Below, piece by piece: positions 28,291 through 41,665 of a DNA stretch of 64,000 nucleotides. The stretch's first letter is position 1; each line of letters begins with the position of its first letter. The notes beneath the pieces were generated by a model. That model was not told where the DNA came from. It was given only the letters and a program-made list of their open reading frames with translations, and made no database searches. Made by a program: the position numbers and the translations under genes. Source of the stretch: the human T2T-CHM13v2.0 reference genome, Homo sapiens; NCBI RefSeq assembly GCF_009914755.1, contig NC_060930.1; one strand, written 5' to 3'.

Positions 28291-28615
28291 GATTTGAAAG
28301 TTTTAGAATCTAGAATGTCCTGCCTCTAAGCTACCTGTAATCTGACTTTTTGGCATAGGCAAGGAAGAAACTTTTCATTTTGGCATGAGGAAAATATTCA
28401 AATGTAAGAGCAGTTTCATACACCTATAGACAAATGTCTTTTACTTGTCTGGAAAAATCCAGAACAATTCAAGAAGAAGAAATAGCTTTTACAAAAAAGT
28501 GATGTATAATAATTTAAGTGGTATTTCCGCTTCCTTACTCAGTTTAGTCTCTGATACGTCCTATCACTGTCTAAATTACTCCATTATTAGGGGAAAAGGC
28601 CAATTTTTAAAAGCA

Positions 28616-28790
28616 GGTTGGGTGCAGTGGTATGTGTATGTAGTCCCAGCTACTCGGGAGGCTGAGGCAGGAGGCTTGGTTGAGCCCAGGAGGTCAAAGC
28701 TGTAGGGCACTAAGATTGAGCCTGTGAATAACCACTGCACACCAACCTGAACAAAACAGTGAGATACCGTCTCTTTAAATCAAACAAACG
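28616..28790 (+). mobile_element. FAM (fossil Alu monomer)
   Basis: monomer retaining the 7SL-like gcctgtgaata(g/a)ccactgcac segment that dimeric Alu arms lack. Confidence 0.8.
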
Positions 28791-28859
28791 AGACGAAACC
28801 AGGTTACTACTATTGACCAACTGTAGAAATCACTGGGTTCAGTATTCCTTTCTTTAAAA

Positions 28860-29720
<861 letters not shown>

Positions 29721-30399
29721 TAGAAAATACATATGTATTGTTCATTATTTCTCCTTTGGTTAAATCCTTTAATATATCTGGTATCCATTCACATGTCACA
29801 TGATCATTCTGAGAGCTACTCTTCTCAGATTTCACATGTCTAGTAGATGTTAATATTGGATCCATTCATTACATTCCTTTGTTTTAGAAATATGTTTCCA
29901 TTTTCTGACTCAGGGCTTAAGCTGCTGTAAAAATGGCAACATTAAAAATTCATTTTTCCTATAGGAATTCACAAGTCACATACTCTTATTAAGGGACATT
30001 ACTCAGGAGAGACAAAGGTCTTTTTTTAGTCACATCAATACTTTTTCATAATTACTGGTGGTACTTTCACCTCTTAATTAGAAGTGGTGGTTTGTTTTTA
30101 TCCCCCCTTTTTTAGGAGGCACAATATCCAAGTAATTTAAGTGGTATTTAAATGGTATGGAAGAAAAGATAATTTCTCTGAATTTTTATTTTTTTGAAAC
30201 TTGTATTAACATCAGAGTCATTACTACAAAAAGTATACATGAAGATATTGAATCTTGTGAACTCCTTTTTTTTTGGTCTGTTTTGTTCTTAGTGAAATAG
30301 TTATGCTGAATTAGTGGTATTTATTACTATAAAACATTAGCCTTTAAACAGAAGACTAGTTTGGCAAATAGCTTGCTTACTCATCTTTTGGCCAGTCTC

Positions 30400-30825
30400 A
30401 TTCATCCATACAGGGAATATTATTCAGAGATATAAAAGAATGAAGCACTGATACATGCCACAACATAGATGAATTTTGAAAACTTTCATGCTGTGTAAAA
30501 GGAGCCAGTCATGAAAGACTGTATGTTGTATGATTTCACTTATATGAAATGTCCAAAATAGGCAGATCTACAGGGACAGAAAGTAGATTGTTTTGCTTAG
30601 AGCTGCCGGTGGGAGTTGTCTGGAAAGTCGGAAGGGAATGAGTGGTCCTTGCTAAAGGGTACAGGGTTTCTTTCTGGGGTGATGAAAACAATCTAAAATT
30701 GGTTGTGATGCTTGCACAACTCTGTGAATATACTCTGCCTAAAACTATTGAACTATTGAATTGTACACCTTAGGTGAGTTTTATAATATGTAAATTGTAT
30801 CTCAATAAAGCTGTTACAAAAATAA
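30400..30825 (+). mobile_element. L1MB-type 3' end
   Basis: gggtacagggtttctttctggggtgatgaaaa...tatctcaataaagctgtt. Confidence 0.85.
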
Positions 30826-31166
30826 CCTATTACTTAAAATATAAATTATTGACAAATTCTTTATCAGATCCATTTCTAAACCAAGTTCTTCAGCAAACCT
30901 CTTAATGTCTCTGTCCCCTAAATACACTTACATCCAGTTTATACTGGATCATTTTTATACTTGATATATTGTTTTATGACTTTTCTTCATAAATCCTGTT
31001 TCTCTAGTCCCAAGGTCCAGAACTACTCCTTCTTTTGCCGTCTGTTTTAGCACTGTGATCAGGAAAACACTAACTATATAAGGTCTCAGAGGATGATTAC
31101 TTAGCCTTGACATTCTACATTACATTATGGATTCTGCTAGCATTTATTATTTGTATTACTTTAGGA

Positions 31167-31507
<341 letters not shown>

Positions 31508-31533
31508 TTATGGCTCTTTGCATTTTAATAACC

Positions 31534-31559
31534 AGAGAGAGAGAGAGAGAGAGAGAGAG
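31534..31559. repeat. (AG)n microsatellite
   Basis: read directly. Confidence 0.9.
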
Positions 31560-34319
31560 TGTAATTTAATACTAGGTATCTCCCTCAAGGTTTGGGACAC
31601 TATTTGGGAAGCAAATTTAGTTTTATTTCCTGCCTGCACATTAGCTAATTTACTCTTTACAGATGAAATTCCAGGTCTAAGTTTTTGAATCAATTAGTGT
31701 TTACTAAGTAAGGAATAGATTTACTGACTTTTTTTGGTGGGGGGAGGGCGGAACTAAGTAAATTCCTATTCCGTTCCCTAAATATTTTCCCCAGTCCACG
31801 AAGAGAGGTCTTCAAGAGCCTACAGGGCTCTAAGGACACAGGTTCTAGTGATGGATAGTGAACAGTTAGCTCCAAGTGAAATGATGTTGTCTTGGGGTTA
31901 CAAACATGTTTGTCTCTCAAAATGAGGAATAGTTACGAGAGTAGATGATAGTGATTTTCTTGCGTGACATCCTACCTCTTGCTTTTTAAAATATTTCTCC
32001 CAAATATGAATTTGGCAAGTGCCTTTTAAATGCCTTATTGTCAACAAATAGTCTCATTCAGTACATGTTCAGAAACCGCATGGTGGATTTATGGAATCTT
32101 TAAGGTCCTTCTCAAAAGAACCAAAGAGCTTTGACTAGCCTATCGAGATAACCTTTTTTCTAAGGTTACCTTTTCCTTTTGTAGGTATATTTTAGTCTGC
32201 AACTTGCCTTTCTAAAGGCATCTTTTTTATAATAGAGCATTTGTAATAGAATATATTGTTTAGCTGCCTTGGAATTAAGTCTATAAAATATCAATGAATG
32301 TACTAAGGCTTGAAAAACCCAGTGGTATATGTGTGTAACTTATCTAGCTTTCAGAAGCTCAGAGAGAGTAGCAAGGAATCAAAGCAAAATTTTGAAGAAA
32401 AACTGTTCTTCATGGCTGGCTGCCTCGGTAGGTATAAAATATTAATATTTGTGCAAAAGGCGGATGCTCTCAGCAGAGGCTTTGAAACCAATCTGGATGT
32501 CTTAGGCAGATGGGAGGTATGGTTGGGTAAGTGGAAGACTGACTCAGCAGAATGTCTCAGGGAGCCTGCAACTACAGTTTGGGTAGGAACACAACTAATT
32601 TCATTTGAGCACAAGTGCTCCTGAAGCTCATGACTGCCCTGCTATGGAGCCTTTCTTTTGTTTCTCTGTAATTTGTGCAGGGACTGAGAAGACATTGCTT
32701 TTTCTGAGGCTGGGCTTAAAGGTGGTTAGCCGGCATTCCCCAGGGCATTGTTTGCTCTTGTCAAGTTGTCTGCTCTGTTTAAGAGAGCACATTTGCTACA
32801 AGAATATTTGGAATTTGTCTTCAGTTTCTTATATCATGGATGGTTCATAAGTCTCCCTTCAGCCAGTATCCTAGAATGACAATCAGTTCCAAGAACAGGC
32901 TAAAGCACTTCCTTCCTTTTCTCTGTTCTGTAGTTTGTGCCTCATATTGAAATTTAGTTTTAAGAGTACTCATGTTATGTGGCATACTTGTACAAGACAG
33001 TGATGTATATGAGTTAGAAAACAAGTCTCTAGCTTGCATTGTTAATTTTGAGTAGGGTTTATAGGACCTATATGTTAGTGTAGTAGATATATTATTAAGA
33101 GAATTTTAGATACACATTACACCAAATTTTCTGTGTTGTATTACAGTTTTTAGAAATACTCTATTCCCCTCACATTATCTTTTTTTTTTTAAGTGTCTTA
33201 TCACAACCTTGGTAAATTACAAATTTGAATGTATAGTGGTCTATATTCCATGCTTGCTTGTATTTATTGTCTAGTCAAGATGTCCTTGTTTTGAATTAAT
33301 TTTCTCAGGCAACTGCTGATCTGCTTGATTAGATCCAGGGGTAGTGTCCCATTGCGACTAAAGTCTGCCTGACCTAGGGTACTATTGTAGTAAAGAATCC
33401 ACTTAACTCTCCTTTGCAGTGTAGCAACAAAATAAGCTCAAAATTAATGTGCCAGTGAGTAAATTCCAAGTTGTAGCTCTTTACCTTGGCTTGAAGTGAT
33501 TCTGTGGGGTCTTGGTGTGGCTTCTGGTTATCATGGATACATTTCCTGTATTCTATGTAGAATTCTATTACAGAGTATAGCTAGGTGACTTGGCTTTTTC
33601 CTTTCTTTGTGAAGCAAGGCATGGTGCAGAATAGTCCATTCCAAATCAAGCTCTATTTTTTGCTTGTAAGAAATTGTTTTAATGACTTCTGATTAAATGT
33701 GTTTTCAGTGAGGTTGACCTTGTCTCTCATTACAGAATCATGTCTTTCTCGACTGTCTTGATTGAACTTTACATAATAACCGGTGGAAGAAAAATAAGTT
33801 AGTAGAACCCAAATATTCAGTCTTGGGCATGCACAGCTATTTTAGTTTTATCTGAACTCTCTTACCTTGATAAAATGAAAGTTTGTAGAAAAGCCATTTA
33901 AAAGTCCATCAAGCTTCTTTACTCATCTTATTTAAATAGTACAGCTTATAAAACACTTTTGAAATGTCTCCATCAGGCCATATCTACAAACGAGTACGGG
34001 TGGGTGGCCCTTCTTTCTGACTGCTGATCTCAGGGTAACCAGAATAAATTGATTATACAAATTTTCAGCCTTTGGATTTCAGGAAGAATAGCTATTCTGA
34101 TTTTCGTTTTATGTTTTGACTTTATTTCTACTAAATCAGTTTCTGTATTACTAAATACCAGCAAGCAAAGCATTTTTTAAAAGTTGGGTAATGAAATGTC
34201 TTCCTTGTGATTTCTTTTCTTTCTCTTAAGTATTCATTTGGATCTCTCTAACACCAGTGAAACAGCACAGCATTTATGGTTGTAATTGGCATAATCTCAG
34301 GCAATGACTAAAGTATGGA

Positions 34320-34797
34320 CACATAGCCAAAACATATAAAGAATACCTACATATTAATTGAAGAGACATTCCCCCTCAAAAACCTTATAGATAAATAGGC
34401 AAAAATTTGGGTACTTTAAAAAGGAGAGATATTCATAAACACATGAAAAATATGTGTAACCTTTAGTCATCAGGGAAATACAAAGAAAATATGAAGCGTT
34501 GGTGAGGATGTGAAGTAACGGCAATCCTCATGCATTTCCAGTAATCGTATAAATTATCGTCATGTATTTTATCTTTGCATATGCTTTAAACACACAAAAC
34601 ATTGCTACTATGTTTGTTTTAAGCTTTTACTGATTAGAGCAAATACAAATAAGAAAAACATAAAGTTTATATTTGCCTTAAATTATTCTGTATTTAGTGC
34701 TTTTCATTTCTATGTGTAGATCCATGATTCTGTCTGGTATCAAATTTATTCTGCCTTGAAGAACTTTCTTTAGCATTTCTTGTTATGTAGTTCTGCT

Positions 34798-34800
<3 letters not shown>
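34320..34800. mobile_element. old L1M fragments (both orientations)
   Basis: tagtcatcagggaaatacaaa...ggtgaggatgtg (+), then aactttctttagcatttcttg...tctgctgg (-). Confidence 0.55.

Positions 34801-34854
<54 letters not shown>
34801..34854. repeat. (TA)27 uninterrupted microsatellite
   Basis: counted directly. Confidence 0.97.
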
Positions 34855-34855
<1 letters not shown>

Positions 34856-34944
34856 CCTGAGAAGGTCTTCTTTTCATGTCTAATCTATCTTTTATTTTTC
34901 TTTCCTTTTCCTTTCCTTTCCTTCCTTTTTTTCCTTTAAAATTT

Positions 34945-35078
34945 TTTTTGTTTTGTTTTGTAGAGACAGGGTCTCTCTATGTTGCCCAGGCTGGTCTCAC
35001 ACTCCTGACCTCAAGTAATCCTCCCCACTTGGCTTCCCAAAGTGTTGGGATTACAGGCATGATCTACTGCACCTGGCT
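34945..35078 (-). mobile_element. FLAM_C / Alu left monomer
   Basis: gtagagacagggtctctctatgttgcccaggctggtctc...cacctggct. Confidence 0.85.
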
Positions 35079-35169
35079 GTAAATATATGCATATATTTTT
35101 ACCACAGTAAGCACTGTTTTTTTCTCATTATAATTCAGTTTGGGTATTTTCTATAGCTGTATCATCAAA

Positions 35170-35810
35170 ACATACGAAATATAGAGCAATTCACACCAGT
35201 ACTTACTGTGGTAAAGCTCACCATATGGGACAACAGAGAATTGGGGAACAATCATAATATAGCTACCCCAAACTAAAGTATTCAGAGAAAAGGACACATT
35301 TCATTCCAAGAAGCAGTGATAAGACCAGCAACTGATTGTTCAACAGAAACAATGAACTCCAGAAGGCAGTAGAAAAACATCTTTAAAAGGGGAGAAAGAA
35401 AACAATTGTCAAGTTATAATGTAAGCACAAGGAAAATACCCTGCAGAAATAAAGGAAAGAAGACATTTTTATCCAAACAAAAACCAAGGGAGTCTATGAC
35501 CTACAGGTCTGCATTGAAAGAAGTACAAAAAAAAAGAAAAAAACTTCATGGGGGTAAGGGGATGCCAGACAAAGTGGTAGAAGGAATGGAGAACAGAGGA
35601 TGAAGTAAAATTGTTGTTTAAATGAATGTTGATTGTGAAAACTAACAATTCTAGTGTCTTCTGGAGTTGAAAATAGATGCAAAACCACAATGGATGGCAG
35701 TAACATAATGGAAAGAGGGCAATAAATGGTGCAAAAGCTTGCTAGGGTTCTAAGTTGTACCTGAGATGGGGTAAAAGTAATTTAAATAAGAATGTGATAG
35801 ATCAAGGATA
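35170..35810 (+). mobile_element. old L1M ORF1-end/inter-ORF remnant
   Basis: aacagaaacaatgaa...ccagaaggcagtag...aacatctttaaa...aagacattttt...aaacaaaaac. Confidence 0.65.
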
Positions 35811-36294
35811 CAACCAGTGGAAAGAGCCAACCTTTCTTAAGGTTACGTAGCCAAGATAGGACCCAGGTCTTTCTGTATCCAAGGTGCTGCTTTTTTCACT
35901 ACGTAGTTTTTTGTTTCTTCTCCGTTCTTGGTGCTACTACCTGTTTGTTTGCCTCTGTATTTGGGTCCCCTCTTTTTCAAAAATACTTAGTTACTCTGTA
36001 ATCACATACCTGGATTTTGCTAGAAGTTTCTTTCACCTTCTGACTCATCTCCTCAATACTTAATAAAGTTTCAGATTCATCTTCTATACTACTATTGTCA
36101 TTAAGCCATTCTCCTGATCTTCAGCAGATCTATGTTTTATGCCTTAAACTTTTATCTGTGACCCCACTATGCTCAGCCATTTTCTTACTTTGCCCTTCTG
36201 GAAACAACAAACTCCCTTTAGCATGTTCAGTCCTGTCCTCAATTCATTATATACTTGCAAGCCTGTCTCAGTTATGGCATCTTTCTTTCGTGCT

Positions 36295-36505
36295 GGAGGA
36301 AAGTTCTCAGACTTTGGAGTCCAGTAGACTTGAGTACTTGTATCCTGACTCTATCACTTCCTAGCTTTGTGATTCTGAGCAAATTTCTTAACCTCTAGGA
36401 GCCTTAGCTTCTCCAATTGTAAATGAAGATATTAATAATTATAACCGCCTTAAAGTTTTGTTGGTTAATTGAGATAACACTTAATTGCCCAGTAGAGTAC
36501 CCACG
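36295..36505 (+). mobile_element. MIR
   Basis: gactttggagtc...cacttcctagctttgtgattctgagcaaatttcttaacctct. Confidence 0.75.
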
Positions 36506-36554
36506 TAGCCATTTTAATACCTTTTAATGTATCTCCTTTGTTATGCATATGTAG

Positions 36555-36884
<330 letters not shown>

Positions 36885-39248
36885 TGTATGCTGCATTTTT
36901 TAATGTATTATGAGCATTTATCTATGTTACTATAAGAGTGCTAGTAATACTATTATAGATTACTGTAATATAATCAATATAATAGTTACAAGATTTATAT
37001 TTTATAGCAAAGATAATATTTGAAAATGTTCTTAATGGTATAATCCTAGGCTAAAAGGACGTATTATAATTTAACTATTTTATCATTGAATATGTCAGTT
37101 GTTTGAAAGTTTCACCAATAGAAATAATTTTGTGGAGAACATTTTTGTCAAGTCTTTGAGACAGTTAAGTTGTATCAGAAATGTCATTTGAACTCTGCTC
37201 AGTGGTCATGGAGCTGTGATAGGAAGTGTCTTTAGTGTCAGAGCAGATTATAGGAAGACATGGACCTCATTACCCAAAAGAGAATAAAACTCTGAGCACC
37301 TACTTTACTTAAAATGTACTGAAGAACTCTTGGGAAAGGTAGAGGTCTAATTGTTTTCAAAGGGCATTTGATAAATATCTTCATCTCTTTATTAAAAGCT
37401 AACATTAAGAGCAGCTGGGAGGAGTTGATTATCTAATAACTGTGGAGGGGAATGGTGATCAAGCAAAGCACAAAAGAGTCCCTGAACTTTATTTAGCTGA
37501 AGTTGTGCCTGCACAGTAGATGCCATGTCTTATCTTACCATGAACGTAGAAAACTTCTTTGCTTATAATTAGCATTTCATTGATTTGAGTGGTGTGTTTG
37601 AAATTGAATTATTATTATTTATTCAAATCTAGGAACTAAAATGTAAAGATAAGTTTTGGTTTTGTGTGTATGAATGTACTATGCAGAGTCCATGTTGCTA
37701 CTCTGTATAAGACCCAAGCCTTGATTGCCTCCCCGGAATGCTAATACAAAGGCTGTCATAGTTACTTTGTGGGCTAAAGCTGTATCCTTTAGGAAGGCAG
37801 TGAGAAACTTACTGAAAAAAAATGGAAGCCTGCTAGCTGAAAAATTTAAACACATTAACCAAAATGGCTGCAAGTAAACTCTTATCCAAGAGCTAAATTC
37901 CTGAGAGCTGTTTGAAATAATTTATTTAGACCTGTAAGAAGATCAGAAAGGGGTTGGATTTAGTTTACTCTCTCTAGAAACTAAACATCATATAATATAG
38001 ACTCTCATCTATAATGAGAAGGGATGTTGTATTCAGGAATAGGCTGGAAAATATTAATCCAGCTTTTCCAATCTTCATTATTTTTTTAAAAAAGGAAATT
38101 TTGCCTTTCTCTGTGTAAATCAAGTTGAAATGTTTCTCTAGCTAGAGTTGATGTCATTGCACCAGCCACTTGTTTGACCTAGTTAATAGAACTTATATTT
38201 ATTGCAACCTTCCCCTCGTCACCTCATTTTAAGACAGGGGTTCACAAGGAATGGCCTGCAGGCTGCTTTAACCAGGTAATTAGAACAGCATGTGTGTGAC
38301 AGCTAGTAGTTTAAAGCAGTAATTCAGCTGTGTCTGAAAAGATTATTCACCTTTCCATTTACTCATTTCTCTATTTGTACTGAATTTTACATGCCAATCC
38401 ACAGTTTTCTATGTCAGTGCCTATAATTGACTGTACTTGTTACATAATTAGCAACTGTGCCTTGAATTGAAACTCCTTCTATCTTTTGTTTTACTGATAG
38501 CCAAGAAGCAGGTAGATTTTCATGTTCTCTCTGAAAGCTTTCAGGGATAGCTCAGTCAGTCAGTCAATCACAGGGTATCTCTATGACAACTCTTGTGACA
38601 TTTATTTAATGGCACTTGGCAAAATAATTAAAATTAATAGCTTATTTAAACAAGCAGAGTTAAAGCTTTGTTTAAAAGGGTACTTACTGTTTCAAAATAA
38701 ATTTTATTTTACAAATGACTTAAAATTCTAGAATTTAAAAAGACTTCTAATGAAAAAATATTTTCTAGCTTGTGCATTGATTTTCTAACCTTTTGTCCAT
38801 TTAGGGATCTGAAAAAAAGTGGTAGTACAATGTTGGGCTTCTTAAACAGTGATTTCCTCAGCTTTTTAAGAAAAGCCTATTATGTTTTACATTCAGTTTC
38901 ATCTTTTGTGTGAACTTAAATGTGCCAGATTGCATCTACAGTGTTTTTATTTAGTGGGGCAAACTAGTCTCTTCCTTTTCTCTTTGTATGAAGCTTTCAC
39001 CTTCTCCACCTCTACTCCAACCCATGCAAGAAATGGAGATGTTAAAATGCAAGAAAATAATGCAGAATAAGAAAGGATAAAGTCCATTGGGGTTGGCCTA
39101 ATATACTGTTGCTAAACCTGCTTTACTGAAAAGCCGCCTGATATATTATACTGGGATGTATCACCCTTTGATAGTTATTTTATTAGGAAAAAAGTATTTG
39201 CATTTCCAGTTCAAGATATAAGGAGCATCTAAGAAAGAACTACTGCAA

Positions 39249-39267
39249 AGCCAGCAGAGGGAGCACA
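39249..39267 (+). promoter_or_regulatory. CTCF-like motif
   Basis: agCCAGCAGAGGGAGCAca closely matches the CTCF core and lies in unique sequence. Confidence 0.55.
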
Positions 39268-40649
39268 TCATGTGTTTGCTGGCTTGTCTTGAAAAATATG
39301 CAGTATCTTTTGAAAGATTCTTGACCAATGTAACTAAAAATAAACAAGATCATTTTTTCCAGTGTGGCTTCAAAATTAATATTTTAAAAAGGGGAAGAAA
39401 AAAAGATTCTTTGTCAAAAGCTGATAATGGATCTTCTCCCCAAATAGGGACTTCTAGGCATTTTAAAAAGTTGATCTAGACAAAAGAGGAATTAAGTTGA
39501 GTCCTCAGCAGGAATTGTAGCTTGTTCATTGAATGGTATTTATTTTCCCATAGGCCTTTTTGATTAATACTTCAAATTTGACTTTTAATTTGATACATAC
39601 AATTGTTCTCATACCACTTCCCAAAAAGGGTTTTATTTTTATTTTTATTTTTTCTAAGTATGGAAATAGCAGCACATAAGAAGGTTCCTATTACATGTAT
39701 AGGATTGTTGATGGTTGTCTTGCTTCTAATTTGTGCTGTTAAATAGTCACAGTTTACTGGAAATTTAAGTTTTTACACTTCCTGGGCCTAGTGTAAAGTT
39801 GATTTCCTGTTGAGCTTTCGGGGTTCATAAATATAGGCCTGCTTTTCTTTCTTGGTGGCTTTTTTGATGCATGGGATTATGGAAGTTTTATACATGCATT
39901 AAAGTTCTTTTTCCTTGGTGAACTATAGCTGAAGTGTGTAACTCGAGAGCAGTAAGAAATACTTAAAAGTATTTTGCTTAAGAAAATATCTTCACATGTG
40001 ACATCCCGAATCTTCTATTATGTTTCTTTACTTTGCAGTCTCATTTTCAAAATATATTATCATAGCCAAGGCATTTTTCTCTAAACTTCTTTTTAACAAA
40101 GGGTTCCCTCCTTATGCTGCTCTAATTTTGCTTATTCAGGACGTGTCTCACGGTTTCTAAGCAACCAAGATAATACATATATAATAATTGTGTATTTTAG
40201 CTTTGAAAGTCTTAAAAATAATCCTCAAAAAGGGAGAGAGGGTGATTTGTTTTCTTAGGTACCCATGTTCTGAGTTATCAATATTGTTTATATTTAGACA
40301 CTGACGAAATAGTAAACTTAGGTTGCTTAATTAGCATATGGGAGATCCTCATTAATGTAATTCTCTTATTGTACTTAATACAAATTCCTGCCTTTTCTTT
40401 TTCTGTAATATGAACTGTTGTGTAAGCAGTATTGAGTCATTCAAGAACTCAGCAAACACCACTAATCTAGGAAAGGTGCAGATTCTATCTCATATCCATG
40501 TTTTAATTTTCTAGAAATTGTTTAGGGTGGGAATTTCTAGAATGCTGGTGTGTGGAGCTTGGTTGACCTTCTAGGTGAAAAGGCCATTTAGTTAAAATTA
40601 TTTAAAGCAAAACATTTAAAGTCTCTGGAAATTGTCCTAAGGGCACACA

Positions 40650-41460
40650 GCAAATGGAGAAATACTTTCAATAAAGTCTACTAAATCTCAGTAAGAACTG
40701 GAGACCTTGTGGCATTTGAGCCACAACCAGCTTCCATCCATTACCTCTCCCAGCTCCATGTTATGGAAAGTCTCCTCCAGGAGAGTGCAGCCAAGAATTC
40801 AGGGTCCCCTCTCTCCCAGACTCTTGAGTCTGTTCTCCCTGGCTAAAGACAGGACAGAATAATATATTCCCTGAAATGTGATAGCAGTTTCCAAGCACCA
40901 CATATTTTCATTAGTAAAGGGTGAAAATCTAACTGGCTAAGGAAGCTTAAGCACTACCTTTGACCAGTAAGAAGTTTATGTGAACCCAGGGGTGACCCCT
41001 AAGAAGCCAGGCTGAAAGATAAAAACAAGGAAAAAAATCTGAGCAGGGACATCAGAAGCTGCATACTGCAGGGTAAATAGGCTTCACAGAATTATTCCAG
41101 CCAAGCCACTAAACAAACAACAAGCAACACCAGAACAGGGATAGGATAGGAGAGGAGGATAGAGGGTACATAACCAGACTTGGTTGTATTATCTAAAATG
41201 TCCAGTTTTCAACAGAAATTCATGCAGAAAAACTAGAAAGTGTGACCACCTACTGGGGATAAAAACAGAAAACAGAAATTGCCTTTGAGGGGGCCCAGAT
41301 GTTGGATTTAGACCAAGACTTCGAATTATAAATACATTTCAAAATTAATGTAATTATAAGTAAATATAAAAGAGGTATGATTACAGACTCATCAAGTAGA
41401 GATTATCAATAAAGAGATTATACAAATAATCCACATAGAAATAGAGACTTAAGAAACTAA
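40650..41460 (+). mobile_element. old L1M 5'/ORF1-proximal remnant
   Basis: ctaaaatgtccagttttcaacag...gggcccagatgttggatttag...atcaataaagagat. Confidence 0.65.
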
Positions 41461-41524
41461 CTTGACAAGCATGTTTTTAACATGTAAATACTAAATATAT
41501 GAGTATATATTTTTTATTAAAAAT

Positions 41525-41665
41525 CTTTTTCTTTCAAAAATTTTAACAGAAACAGGGTCTTAACTATGTTTTCCAGGCTGGTCTCAAACCCCTGGTCTGA
41601 AGCAATCCTCCTGCCTTGGCCTCCCAAAATGTTGGTATTACAGGCATGAGCCACCATAGCCAGTC
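41525..41665 (-). mobile_element. FLAM / Alu monomer
   Basis: agaaacagggtctt...ccaggctggtctcaaac...attacaggcatgagccacc. Confidence 0.85.
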
